Of a stretch of DNA of 50,697 nt, positions 1 to 9,973 are shown piece by piece (position 1 is the first letter of the stretch; each line of letters begins with the position of its first letter). The position numbers and the translations under genes are program-made. Under the pieces are notes generated by a model, which was not told the DNA's origin, made no database searches, and saw only the letters and a program-made list of their open reading frames with translations. Origin of the DNA: Oscillospiraceae bacterium (lineage in GTDB: Bacteria; Bacillota; Clostridia; Oscillospirales; Ruminococcaceae); the NCBI GenBank assembly GCA_014799325.1, contig JAAVIE010000027.1, positions 1 through 50,697 on the forward strand. Reading direction: 5' to 3'.

Positions 1-344
<344 letters not shown>

Positions 345-473
345 TTGTATTTAAAAGCCTTTCGGCTCTCAAATCTTTTTAGCTCTTTTCAAACGCTAAC
401 TTGCATTTCTGCATTTGTTATTGTCTGTCCAGAATTATTACTTGAATTTTCAGGTTACATAATTCTTATCAAT

Positions 474-495
474 ACTGTTCAATTTTCAAGGAGCA
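474..495 (-). promoter_or_regulatory. rrn leader boxA-like antitermination element
   Basis: Minus strand TGCTCCTTGAAAATTGAACAGT lies just downstream of the proximal promoter and resembles Firmicutes rrn boxA. Confidence 0.6.
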
Positions 496-520
496 GCTTC
501 CCTTTCGGGACAGCTTATAC

Positions 521-549
521 ATTGTAGCACATCTTTTTGGATTTGTCAA
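521..549 (-). promoter_or_regulatory. rrn promoter, proximal (TTGACA-17-TACAAT, extended -10 TG)
   Basis: tgtcaa at 544-549 and attgta at 521-526, 17-bp spacer. Confidence 0.85.
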
Positions 550-651
550 TACCTTTTTGAAACTTTTTTGAATTTTTTTCAAATTTATTTCTCAAGTATT
601 TCTTTTCCTTTTTCCGGGAACTTCTTCGGTTCCTTCGTCGAGTGCCTGATT

Positions 652-680
652 ATTATATCACGCTTGGCTTATTTTGTCAA
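652..680 (-). promoter_or_regulatory. rrn promoter, middle (TTGACA-17-TATAAT)
   Basis: Perfect consensus: tgtcaa 675-680, attata 652-657. Confidence 0.9.
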
Positions 681-772
681 TACCTTTTTTAAAATTTCTC
701 AAAAATCTTTTCAAGTTTTTTCAAAATCTCTTTGGTTCTGACTTTTTTCGCCCCTCGGCTGAGTGCTTATAT

Positions 773-801
773 ATTATATCACCCTCCCAACTCTTTGTCA
801 A
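773..801 (-). promoter_or_regulatory. rrn promoter, distal (TTGACA-17-TATAAT)
   Basis: Perfect consensus: tgtcaa 796-801, attata 773-778. Confidence 0.9.
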
Positions 802-886
802 CAAGTGAATTTGCCAATTTCACAAGGTTATTTTACCCCTCTTTTGGTTAATATATGCAACAGCTCCCTAATTTGCCACTTTTTCA

Positions 887-915
887 TTGACGCATGTTAT
901 ATATTATGATAGTAT
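887..915 (+). promoter_or_regulatory. sigma-A promoter of the decarboxylase gene (TTGACG-17-TAGTAT)
   Basis: Near-consensus hexamers with 17-bp spacing, upstream of the AAGGAG RBS. Confidence 0.65.
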
Positions 916-942
916 ATATATGACATTATTTAAGGAGCATAT

Positions 943-2238
943 ATGAACGACATCAAAACCCCCATTCATGACTTCCTCCTCCGATATGGAGCCAAAAACC
1001 CCGTCCGCTGCCACATGCCCGGCGGCAAAGAAAACCCCAAAGACATAACCGAAATAGACGGCGCCGACAGCCTTTTTGAAAGCTCAGGCATAATAAAAGC
1101 CTCCGAGGATACCGCAGCAGCCCTTTTCGGCTCGGCCAAGACTCTCTACTCCTGCGGCGGCAGCACACTCGCCATACAAACCATGCTGGCTCTTGCAAAA
1201 GCCTACGCTCCAACCAAAAACCGTGTCGCCGCATCAAGATACTGTCACAAAAGCCTTGTCTCCGCCTGCATTCTTCTGAACCTCGACATAGACTGGATCG
1301 AGCCTGATTCCTTCCTTTCCTGCCGGATCACCCCCCGATCTCTGGGATCTGTCATCACAGATCGCACCCTTTGCGTTTTCGCCCAGAGCATCGACTACTA
1401 CGGCGGACAGTGTGACATCGCCGCCCTTTCCCAAGTCTGCAAAGCCCATGCCCTTCCTCTTTTGGTGGATAATGCCCATGGCGCATACCGCGTCTTTACC
1501 CATGACCACCCCCTGCTGCAAGGTGCCGACCTTACCGCCGACAGTGCCCACAAAACCCTTCCCTGCCTGACGGGGGGCGCTTATCTCCACATCAGCGCAG
1601 CTGCCCCCTCATTTTTCACCGAGCGGGCTAAAGAGATGATGAGCATTTTCGGCAGCTCCAGCCCCTCTTATCTTATTTTGGAAAGTCTCGATCTCTGCAA
1701 CAGACATATCGCTCTTGAGAGAGACAAAGCAGAAAACACAATGTATCTTATCGAGCGGCTCAAAGAAAATTTAAGCAGCATAGGAACAGTTCTCTGCCAA
1801 AGCGACCCCATGAGGATAACGGTAGACGCAGAGAAACAAGGCTGCAGCGGTTTCGCCCTCAGCCAAGCCCTTGCAGAAAACAACATAATCTGCGAATACG
1901 CCGACCAAAAATACACCGTCCTGCTTTTCTCCACCGCCCAGCCTCCCGCAGATTTCCCAAAAATTTTAGAGGCATTCAAAAACATTCCAAAAAGAACCCC
2001 CATAGAAACCCCTCTCCCCGCTCTTTCTATCCCCCAAAAAGCAATGTCGCTTTCACAAGCCGTCTTTTCCCCTTCAAAGGAAATTTCTCTGGATAATGCG
2101 AAAGATCAAATCTGCGGAGCGATCATCGCCCCCTGCCCTCCATGCGTTCCCGTAATTATGCCTGGAGAGGTTTTTACCGAAAAAGAAATATCGGCGCTCA
2201 AAATGTGGGGAGTAAAAAAAGTAAGAGTATTAACTTGA
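943..2238 (+). CDS. PLP-dependent Orn/Lys/Arg decarboxylase family protein
   Basis: HMPG, DITEI, VDNAHG, SAHKTLP (PLP lysine), SSSPSY and C-terminal PCPP(C)VP..MPGE motifs; AAGGAG RBS. Confidence 0.9.
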   Translation: MNDIKTPIHDFLLRYGAKNPVRCHMPGGKENPKDITEIDGADSLFESSGIIKASEDTAAALFGSAKTLYSCGGSTLAIQTMLALAKAYAPTKNRVAASRYCHKSLVSACILLNLDIDWIEPDSFLSCRITPRSLGSVITDRTLCVFAQSIDYYGGQCDIAALSQVCKAHALPLLVDNAHGAYRVFTHDHPLLQGADLTADSAHKTLPCLTGGAYLHISAAAPSFFTERAKEMMSIFGSSSPSYLILESLDLCNRHIALERDKAENTMYLIERLKENLSSIGTVLCQSDPMRITVDAEKQGCSGFALSQALAENNIICEYADQKYTVLLFSTAQPPADFPKILEAFKNIPKRTPIETPLPALSIPQKAMSLSQAVFSPSKEISLDNAKDQICGAIIAPCPPCVPVIMPGEVFTEKEISALKMWGVKKVRVLT

Positions 2239-2357
2239 TCTATTTATTTTATGCACCAAAGAAAGCTGCGCCGGTTTGGGTTCTCTCATAAAAATCGTGC
2301 AGGCAGAAGCCCGCTTTTCCCAAAAGCATAAATAAAGGGTATCTTTTTTACACCCTC

Positions 2358-2386
2358 TTGACTTTATCCCACTTTTAAAGTATAAT
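2358..2386 (+). promoter_or_regulatory. sigma-A promoter (TTGACT-17-TATAAT)
   Basis: Near-consensus hexamers upstream of the 2464 ORF. Confidence 0.7.
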
Positions 2387-2463
2387 AAAATGGGTATAAA
2401 GAATTTGTCTTAACACATTCATAATAAACCAATACTAAAGGAAAAGGTTGTGAGCGCAGCGAA

Positions 2464-4095
2464 ATGAAGAACAAACACACCATGCGGCTTATCCCCTTAT
2501 ACATATTGACCTTTGCGCTGTTTTCCCTGACAGCTACGGGGCTTTTCATAATTTTAGCGGTCAACAATATAGATCTGTTCATACTTTGCTGGCTCACCCC
2601 GCTTTTGGCGATCCTTTTCGCTCTCTTCGATTTAGTGGTAGCTCAACTTTTCAAACGCACCAAAAAGCACTATGACGATTCCCTGAATCAGATACTGACA
2701 GCCTTTTCACCCGACAAGGCGGAGGCGCTGATGCAGATAAACGACGGAGAGCCCACCCCCGAACAGATCACACGCTGGGTATGTGAGCAGACCGAAGCTT
2801 CCACGAAAGCCGCCGGTCTGATGTCCGTAGTTTCCGCTCAGCACAAGCTCTCCAACGAGATCTTCTGGCAGATAACGGACGATTCCGCAAAGCTTTTCTA
2901 CGGAAATTACTGGAGCCACACCTACGGCTACAACGATTTAGACAAGACCGACAATATAAGAAACCTGCTTTCCGAGGATACAAAGGCAAATTTCGACCAC
3001 GGTCTGAAAGCTGTCAGAGACGGATCCACAAAAGACTTCAGCATCACAGGCAATCTTAAGCTGAACCCCCAAAAGACAGTTAAAGTCATAATCAAGGGCA
3101 GCCCTGTAGAGGACGAAAACCACCGCATCACAGTAGTAGGCACAGTTCATGATATTCAGGAGGAAATGGAGCTTTCCGACCGTATCCAGGCAGGCAGAGT
3201 AAAGATCCAGTTCCTGCTCAATGACCAGACCGATGTAATATATGATGTAAACGTTCCCGACAACAAGCTCAACTGCCTTACCCCCCAGCCTGCCAAAGAG
3301 CTGTTCGGCTTAGGCAATATGTTTGACTTTGACGGAGAAAGGCGCCCCTTCTGGGAGCGTATCCACCCCGATTACCGCGAGGGCTTTATCGACAGATTTT
3401 TTGACTACAACCACATGATGATAATGCCCGAACATAAAATGACCTATGAATACAAGATCAAAAACGTCAACGGCGATTACATCTGGGTAGAGCATCAGGC
3501 TCAAGTGACCAGCACCCGGCATGGAACGGTAACGGGAGTGGTTGGCAGGATAAAGAGCATCAACGAGCAAAAGAAAGACGAGCTGAGACTACTATACCAA
3601 CCCAACACCGACAGTCTCACAGGCGCTTACGTCCGTTCTGCGGTAGAAGCGGAATTCAACTCCAACCTGGGCGACGGACTGCCGAGAGCGGTAGTGATTT
3701 TCAATATCAACAAATTCCACTTTATAAATAACGAATACGGCTTCAAATTCGGCGACTTGGTTCTCCAATACTTTGTAGGCGCCCTTTGGGAACGTCAAAG
3801 AGGCTTGTGCGCAGTAGGCAGAGTGGATAACGACACCTTTGTTATCGCAATGCACGAAGCAGACAACAGAATGGGCTGGCCTAAAAACCAGATAGAAGCG
3901 CTGTTCAAATCCTTTATACAGCCTGTCAAGATAGAGGGCAGACTGGTAAACATCACCGTCAGCGCAGGCGGCTCCGCGGTATGTGCAGACAAGGATTTCA
4001 ACGAGCTGTACGAACAGGCTGAAAAAGCCCTGAACAAGTGCAGAGAGACCAATGCCAAATTTGAAAACGCTTACGAATTATACAGTGAAGATTAA
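2464..4095 (+). CDS. Membrane-anchored PAS-domain protein with degenerate GGDEF domain
   Basis: Two N-terminal TM helices; PAS_3-like IHPDY...GDYIWV; TDSLTG, FHFINNEYGFKFGD; active-site loop reads RVDNDTF instead of RxGGDEF. Confidence 0.85.
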   Translation: MKNKHTMRLIPLYILTFALFSLTATGLFIILAVNNIDLFILCWLTPLLAILFALFDLVVAQLFKRTKKHYDDSLNQILTAFSPDKAEALMQINDGEPTPEQITRWVCEQTEASTKAAGLMSVVSAQHKLSNEIFWQITDDSAKLFYGNYWSHTYGYNDLDKTDNIRNLLSEDTKANFDHGLKAVRDGSTKDFSITGNLKLNPQKTVKVIIKGSPVEDENHRITVVGTVHDIQEEMELSDRIQAGRVKIQFLLNDQTDVIYDVNVPDNKLNCLTPQPAKELFGLGNMFDFDGERRPFWERIHPDYREGFIDRFFDYNHMMIMPEHKMTYEYKIKNVNGDYIWVEHQAQVTSTRHGTVTGVVGRIKSINEQKKDELRLLYQPNTDSLTGAYVRSAVEAEFNSNLGDGLPRAVVIFNINKFHFINNEYGFKFGDLVLQYFVGALWERQRGLCAVGRVDNDTFVIAMHEADNRMGWPKNQIEALFKSFIQPVKIEGRLVNITVSAGGSAVCADKDFNELYEQAEKALNKCRETNAKFENAYELYSED

Positions 4096-4170
4096 AAAAC
4101 AGCGCAGCGATCCAAGCGGATCACCGCCTGCGCAGCTTTCTTAAGATAACGCAAAATCAGCAGTGAGGGA

Positions 4171-5577
4171 ATGCTTATGAATAACAACTTAGACATGATC
4201 GTCCTGGACGGACAAATAACAGTTATGGTAGATGACGACTACCTGTGGGCAAAGGTCATTGTTACCAAGCCCAACGGAGGAAGAGCCGTTACCTACGACG
4301 ACGTAATGAGAGAACTGAAAAACAACGGAGTTACCGCCCACATAAACGAACAGGCGGTAAGGGAGAGCGTTGACTATGCAGGCGAACACCTTTCGGGCGT
4401 GGTAGTGGCAGAGGCTGTTCCTCCGGCAAACGGACTTGACGGCGAGATAACCTATTTATTTGAAACAAAATCAGAGTTTAGGCCCACCATTGACGAGGAA
4501 ACGGGAATAGTGAACTTCCGCGAGCTGGGCAGAGTGCGCAACATTATGAAAGGCGCTCTTATAGCCAATATAAAGCCCAACACCATGGGCACTCCCGGAA
4601 ATGACATAAGAGGAAAAGATATAAAATGCACCAACGGCACTCCTGCAAGATATACGGTGGGAACAGGCACAGTCCTCAGCAACGACGGAAGCAAGATATT
4701 CGCCGCTACCGACGGCAACCTCCGCTGGGATAAAGACAAATTTGTGGTAGACAATGTTGTCACCATTTCGGGCAACGTAGACGCGTCGGTAGGAAACATC
4801 GACTTTGTAGGTGATGTAATAATCAAGGGCGGCATAAGCGACGGCTTCCGCGTAAAGGGCAAAAAGGTAGACATCAAGCAGAATGTCAACAACGCCACTG
4901 TAGAAGCCTCCGAAGCTATAATCATAAGCGGCGGCGCAGTCTATGCAAAGCTGAACTGCGAAAACAACATAAAAATGTCCTTCAGCGAAAACAGCGTAAT
5001 ATACTGCGGCGGCGATCTGGAAACCAAAGCCCTGATAAACTGCGAAGTCCTCTGCGAGGGCGAAGTGAAAGTAGTATCGGGCAAAGGCGTAATAATCGGC
5101 GGCGAATGTATAGCATACCACAACATAACCGCCAACCAGGTAGGCTCTGAAAGCTACACCAAGACTATCATCAACTTAGGCAACACTGCCGTCCTGATGA
5201 AGAGCCACAAGGAGCTAAAGGACAACTTCAAGACCTTAAGCGAAAACTACAATAAGCTTAAAACTCTCTATGAAAAATTAAACGATCTGAGAAACGTCCA
5301 GGAGCTTACAGACCAGCAGGAACACGCAAGAAAGCAGGCCTTCAAGTTTATCATGAACGAGCGCAACACCATGACGGAAATGACTGCAAAAATCGACCAG
5401 AACGAAAGGATCCTTGCAAAAAGCCGTCTTTTGCAGCTGATAGTTCACAAACGCTGCTTCCCGGGCGTTACCTTAAAGCTGTACAACACGGTTTACGAAA
5501 ACCAGGTAGAAAACGGAGCGTCAGTTTATTACCTTGACTCCGACAACGAAGTAAAATTCAGAGCGGGAACAAGATAA
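4171..5577 (+). CDS. DUF342/FapA family protein
   Basis: VAEAVPPANGLDG, VNFRELG, GNVDASVGNIDFVGDV beta-helix repeats and a C-terminal coiled coil; start may be 4177. Confidence 0.85.
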   Translation: MLMNNNLDMIVLDGQITVMVDDDYLWAKVIVTKPNGGRAVTYDDVMRELKNNGVTAHINEQAVRESVDYAGEHLSGVVVAEAVPPANGLDGEITYLFETKSEFRPTIDEETGIVNFRELGRVRNIMKGALIANIKPNTMGTPGNDIRGKDIKCTNGTPARYTVGTGTVLSNDGSKIFAATDGNLRWDKDKFVVDNVVTISGNVDASVGNIDFVGDVIIKGGISDGFRVKGKKVDIKQNVNNATVEASEAIIISGGAVYAKLNCENNIKMSFSENSVIYCGGDLETKALINCEVLCEGEVKVVSGKGVIIGGECIAYHNITANQVGSESYTKTIINLGNTAVLMKSHKELKDNFKTLSENYNKLKTLYEKLNDLRNVQELTDQQEHARKQAFKFIMNERNTMTEMTAKIDQNERILAKSRLLQLIVHKRCFPGVTLKLYNTVYENQVENGASVYYLDSDNEVKFRAGTR

Positions 5578-5587
5578 AATATTTATA

Positions 5588-5608
5588 GGGGCTGTAAAAA
5601 ACAGCCCC
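5588..5608 (+). terminator. Hairpin GGGGCTGT-AAAAA-ACAGCCCC followed by a T tract
   Basis: Perfect 8-bp stem immediately after the FapA stop. Confidence 0.6.
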
Positions 5609-5670
5609 ATTTTGTACTATTCCCCTTTAAAGAACCAAAATCACCTAAAAAATCACAAGGAGCAATTATT

Positions 5671-6420
5671 TTGAAAAAAACCAACACCGTCCGGCTTCTG
5701 AAAAGCCCGTTTTTCATATTATATTTTGTGATCCTCACTGCCGAAAGGGTCATAAGCCTTTTTTCACAGGTGCCATTCATATTTATAGGCAATCCGTATT
5801 ATGAGGGATTTAAAAGCGGTCTCGTAATTGTCTCCATTGCCGCGGGCTGGGGGTATCTGCTTATCGGGAACAGCGGAATATTCAAATTCAGCGCTCCAAA
5901 AAACGGCAATGATTTTTTGCGCCCCTCGGTCGCAGCGGGAATTTTGCTTGTCAGCGGCATGGTCCACACCCGCGGCACTATCGCGCCAATACAGTTTGTT
6001 TCCTACGGCTTTCTTTTAGCAGCTATGGGAATTTATACCGCAGAGTGTGTTAAAGCCAAAGGGAAAGGCGCTTTAAGGTGTCTCACCTTTGCATACATAA
6101 CGGCATTTTCCATGTCGATCCCCGTTATATACGACACCACCTGCAGCTGTAAATTATGCCAAGCCTTCAGCGTAACGCAGATATGGGTCTCCCTGGGCTT
6201 GATAGCCTGCTTCACTGTTATGTCTTACAGATTCTTTAAAAATGACAGTATATCGGGTTTTCCTGTTTATGAGATCGCCCTTGCCATCATCGGCGACAGC
6301 GCGGTTCTTTTCCTCCGCTGGCACAGCGAGATAAACTTTTTTGTCCTCTTCGCGGTAATAACTGCGGCGATCCTTTGGACAGCAGGAAAAATCATAAGCC
6401 GAACCAAATATATTGAGTAA
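5671..6420 (+). CDS. Hypothetical polytopic membrane protein
   Basis: About 8 hydrophobic segments; AAGGAG RBS before TTG start. Confidence 0.75.
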   Translation: MKKTNTVRLLKSPFFILYFVILTAERVISLFSQVPFIFIGNPYYEGFKSGLVIVSIAAGWGYLLIGNSGIFKFSAPKNGNDFLRPSVAAGILLVSGMVHTRGTIAPIQFVSYGFLLAAMGIYTAECVKAKGKGALRCLTFAYITAFSMSIPVIYDTTCSCKLCQAFSVTQIWVSLGLIACFTVMSYRFFKNDSISGFPVYEIALAIIGDSAVLFLRWHSEINFFVLFAVITAAILWTAGKIISRTKYIE

Positions 6421-6533
6421 TAAAAAAATAAAACGCCCAATATATCCAATATTTTTTAAAAAAATGAAACTTTTTCAGAAAAAAACCTTACTACCAAGTG
6501 TAAGGTCGAAAGCGAGGTGAATACGCTCTGAGC

Positions 6534-7097
6534 TTGATCAACCGAACCAAACGAAAAGAAGAAAGCGCTCCGGAAGCGTATTTCAACACTGTTTACGATC
6601 AGACTGTAAATTCAATTACCAAATTCGTCATCAGCAAGTGCGGAAATATTCTTGACACAGAGGATATTTTGCAGAATATCTACGCCCGATTTTACAAGCG
6701 TATTCTCCAAAAGGGATATAACGACATAGACAACCCCGAAGCGTTCCTTGTGAGCATAGCGAAATTCGAGATCAAGACCTACTACGCTTCAAAGAAAAAA
6801 TCCGGCGTTACCGAGAGCTTTTCAGACTACACCGATGAGCAAATGGTGATGATCGAAAACGAAATGTCAAAAACTCAGAAGAATTTTGACGACGTATTAT
6901 GCAACAAGCTTCTTGCCCGCGAAATATTTGAGGACATTGCCACCGCAGATGAGGTAACGGGAAAGATCTTTTACTTATATTTTGTATGCGATATGAAGCT
7001 TGCAGATATTGCCGAGGAGCTGAACATGAACCTCTCGGCGGTAAAAAACAAGCTGTACCGCACCATTGAACGGCAAAAGAAAAAATTCAGACTATAG
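6534..7097 (+). CDS. ECF RNA polymerase sigma factor (sigma-70 family)
   Basis: Region 2 (DTEDILQNIY...AFLVSIAK) and region 4 (LADIAEELNMNLSAVKNKLYR). Confidence 0.9.
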   Translation: MINRTKRKEESAPEAYFNTVYDQTVNSITKFVISKCGNILDTEDILQNIYARFYKRILQKGYNDIDNPEAFLVSIAKFEIKTYYASKKKSGVTESFSDYTDEQMVMIENEMSKTQKNFDDVLCNKLLAREIFEDIATADEVTGKIFYLYFVCDMKLADIAEELNMNLSAVKNKLYRTIERQKKKFRL

Positions 7098-7118
7098 GAA
7101 AGGGGGCATAGCACTGTC

Positions 7119-8732
7119 ATGAATAAAAAAGAGTTTTATCGAGAGCTGATGCAGACTTACACAGTAGACACGGAAAAAGTAAAATGCGCAGCCAAGCGCA
7201 GAGCGCTGAAAAAGACCTCCTCGCCCCTGAAAATCATCACCTGCACAGCAGCCTGCACCGCGGCGGCTGCAGTAGCGGTAGTTTTCGCAGTCAATATGCT
7301 GCCAGGGCCCGGAGTTGATATTGTAGACAGCGGACTTGATTCAGCCATTGAACGCGTATATGCCGCCCAGCAGCGCTTTGAAGAGCTATCAGCCAAAAAC
7401 GAAGTTATGGATATGTATGTATCCTTTGAGAAAGAACACACTCTCAACGAGATACTTATGTCTTTCTCTGCCATTGACAACAACAATGATATAAAGCTGT
7501 CTTTGCTTTACACCACAGACGGAAAATACTACAAATACAGCGACAAAACAAGCAGCGAGCTTAAATTCAGAGGAGCAAAAATAACCGCTCCCGCCAAGCT
7601 GTTTGAAGAACTGAACCGCCTTAAAATAGTTTCCCTTGCAGAACCGGTAGAGGGCAGCGAATACACCGACAAGAGCTTTGTTCCTTATGTAAGCAAGGAA
7701 CAGCCTGTAACGGACATAACCTTCACCACCACACCCGAGGGTACTGTAGCCGAGATAATCATAACCGACAACACAGGCAGCACATCTTCCGACACACCTC
7801 AGACCTCAGAGACCACAGATATCACACAGACGGAAACAGAACCCACAGATCCCGAGAACCCAACCACCGTAATGATCCCTGTAGCTGACATAAAAACGGC
7901 GCAGTTCATCAGCAATGACAAGCTGATAGTCACCACCTCGGACAGCATAAGACTGTATAAGCTTGCAGAGGGAGAATTACAGCTTGAAACCACATTCTAT
8001 GCTGACGACGCAAAGATAGGCTGCACAGATACACAAAACTCTCTGCTGTACATCACAGCCTGCGACACCAAGGGCAGGAACCGCTTGTTCTGCGCAGACG
8101 GCGCATCGGGAACACTGACTGAGACCGACATCAGCGCCATAACACAGGGCGACAGCGAAATAACCTCCGTTATGTGCAGCGGAAACGGACTTATAATAAA
8201 GACCGTATCCACAGAGAAAGCCAACATCTACTACGCAGACCGCAGCGGCAGCGACATCAACATAGCTTTGATTAAGGAATACGCAAATCCCGTATCGGTA
8301 ATTTCGGGCAGCGCAGGAACGATATACACAGCAGTAATTGACTCTGCAAACGCTGTTACCAAGCTTTATGCAGTAAGCACCGCAGACGGCACCGAGACCG
8401 AGCTTGCCTCCTACCCCTCCGAGGGCGTACACTTTATCAGAAACAACACCTCGGACACAGCCGCAATAGTGATCGAAAACGAGGGCGAAACCACCGTATT
8501 CCTCTTAATGCCCAACGGCGTACTGACAGAGATCTCCGACAGCCCCACATTCTCTGAAACAGACAGCGCCGTATTCAAGGCGGGAGAAAAATACTACCGC
8601 ATCGAAAACGATCAGCCTGTTGAGTTGGAAGAATCCGAAGCGTTACCCTACTTTACCGAACCCGACTACCCCTATGCTTACAGAGTAAGCATTTTCGAGG
8701 ACGGCACAGCGGAGATCATAGGACTTAACTGA
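7119..8732 (+). CDS. Putative anti-sigma factor with single TM helix, Thr/Pro-rich linker and extracellular beta-rich domain
   Basis: Directly follows the ECF sigma; short basic N-terminus, Ala-rich TM, TTTP/TSETTD linker. Confidence 0.65.
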   Translation: MNKKEFYRELMQTYTVDTEKVKCAAKRRALKKTSSPLKIITCTAACTAAAAVAVVFAVNMLPGPGVDIVDSGLDSAIERVYAAQQRFEELSAKNEVMDMYVSFEKEHTLNEILMSFSAIDNNNDIKLSLLYTTDGKYYKYSDKTSSELKFRGAKITAPAKLFEELNRLKIVSLAEPVEGSEYTDKSFVPYVSKEQPVTDITFTTTPEGTVAEIIITDNTGSTSSDTPQTSETTDITQTETEPTDPENPTTVMIPVADIKTAQFISNDKLIVTTSDSIRLYKLAEGELQLETTFYADDAKIGCTDTQNSLLYITACDTKGRNRLFCADGASGTLTETDISAITQGDSEITSVMCSGNGLIIKTVSTEKANIYYADRSGSDINIALIKEYANPVSVISGSAGTIYTAVIDSANAVTKLYAVSTADGTETELASYPSEGVHFIRNNTSDTAAIVIENEGETTVFLLMPNGVLTEISDSPTFSETDSAVFKAGEKYYRIENDQPVELEESEALPYFTEPDYPYAYRVSIFEDGTAEIIGLN

Positions 8733-8770
8733 TACTGATAACAAAAACATTCATTTTTCCTCACCCAATA

Positions 8771-8825
8771 AAAACATCGCTTACCTTTTTACGCAGGAAT
8801 TGCATAAAAGGGTAAGCGATGTTTT
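8771..8825. terminator. Bidirectional intrinsic terminator between the anti-sigma gene and convergent rnpB
   Basis: AAAACATCGCTTACC...GGTAAGCGATGTTTT inverted repeat with A/T tails. Confidence 0.75.
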
Positions 8826-8828
8826 ATA

Positions 8829-8987
8829 TATTGCTCCCACGGCTAAAGCTTGAAAATTTTTGCGCAGGAGCTTTGTCGAAAGACAAGGAATAAAGCCGCA
8901 GGAATATGCGATATTTCAAGGCTTTATGACGAAGTATTTCGGCAAAGAAACAAGCAAAAAATTCAAGATTTAGCCGTGGGAGCAATA
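8829..8987. repeat. Approx. 160-bp palindromic element (MITE-like; resembles the Clostridiales-1 RNA motif)
   Basis: Terminal inverted repeat TATTGCTCCCACGGCTAAA / TTTAGCCGTGGGAGCAATA with nested stems and core CAAGGAATAAAGCCGCAGGAATAT...ATATTTCAAGGCTTTATGACG. Confidence 0.7.
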
Positions 8988-8989
8988 CA

Positions 8990-9340
8990 ATAACCTCATC
9001 TATAAGCCGAGTTCTGTCGTGTACGAACATTTATCTACTCCTGCGGTCGCCCGCAGGATCAAGCCGCCTATATCGGAGTACGCCGAGCAGACGCATTTCT
9101 CTCCGTACCAATCGGCGTTGCATCGGATAGGGTTTACATGGCAGCATAGTTGCCTATGCTCCGGTGAGCTCTTACCTCGCCTTTCCACCCTTACTTTCGG
9201 GAGCAAGCTCCCAAAAGCGGTATATCTCTGTTGCACTTGCCCTAAGGTCGCCCTCGGCTGCCGTTAGCAGTTATCCCGCTCTATGATGCTCGGACTTTCC
9301 TCACGGATCAAAGATCCCCGCGTTCGCACAATGAGGTTAC
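8990..9340 (-). ncRNA. rnpB: RNase P RNA (type A)
   Basis: Minus strand has GAGGAAAGTCCGAGC, AAGTGCAACAGAGA and ACAGAACTCGGCTTAT; P1 helix GUAACCUCAU/AUGAGGUUA. Confidence 0.97.
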
Positions 9341-9346
9341 TTGTTT

Positions 9347-9375
9347 ATTATAATGGAAAAATCGGCAAGTGTCAA
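9347..9375 (-). promoter_or_regulatory. rnpB promoter (TTGACA-17-TATAAT)
   Basis: Perfect consensus about 7 nt upstream of the P1 5' end. Confidence 0.9.
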
Positions 9376-9432
9376 GCCTTATACCGGAGCTTGTTTGAAA
9401 AAAGACGGTGCTTTCGATTTTTCAAACAAGCC

Positions 9433-9511
9433 CCAATACCCATTTTGACAGCAGATAAAATCAACTGTCAAATCCTTCGGCTTTGCCGCTAAAAATGGTG
9501 TCAGCTTGTAG
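9433..9511. repeat. Short member of a modular hairpin MITE/BOX-like family
   Basis: Left end AATACCCATTTTGACAGCAGATAAAATCAACTGTCAAATCCTTCGG is shared with the elements at 13304 and 15331; right end 9478-9511 is 27/34 identical to 15674-15707. Confidence 0.65.
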
Positions 9512-9601
9512 GGGCAGTTTTTTACGGCCCCCCAATTTTTAAAAACAACACAAAACCCGTTATTTTTCGCTCAGCTTTATTACATCACGCCATACAAAAA
9601 A

Positions 9602-9973
9602 TCACTTCAAAAGCTCATCAGTCAACCGAATAATATCAGGCGCCAGCTTCTCTCTTTTCTTCTTTGTAATAAAGGAATAAACCGGATAAGCCGCCACAAT
9701 ACAAGCCATACCCAAAACCCCGATAACTATCCCGGGAATAAACAGTCTGTCCGCCCAAACCATAGTACAGCACATACCAACACCCATAACAAGAGTACCA
9801 AGCACACCAATAATAATACCTGCGATCATTCCCGGCTTAGCCGCGCTCTCGTCCAACCGCCGCAGCCGCTCCATTTTGCTTTCCTCCCTTGGAACATACT
9901 TTTCCCTGATCCTCTTTATCTCAGCCTGCTGAGCTGCAGAATAGCTGTAATTAAAGCTTTCCTTCTTCTCCAT
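9602..9973 (-). CDS. Small two-TM membrane protein (GMC motif)
   Basis: Two TM helices with GVGMCCTMVW; overlaps the upstream gene of the operon. Confidence 0.8.
   Translation of the reverse strand: MEKKESFNYSYSAAQQAEIKRIREKYVPREESKMERLRRLDESAAKPGMIAGIIIGVLGTLVMGVGMCCTMVWADRLFIPGIVIGVLGMACIVAAYPVYSFITKKKREKLAPDIIRLTDELLK

Noticed and set aside
8824-9492. Small ORFs around 8.8-9.5 kb
   Set aside because: They overlap RNase P RNA and palindromic repeats and show no coding signature.
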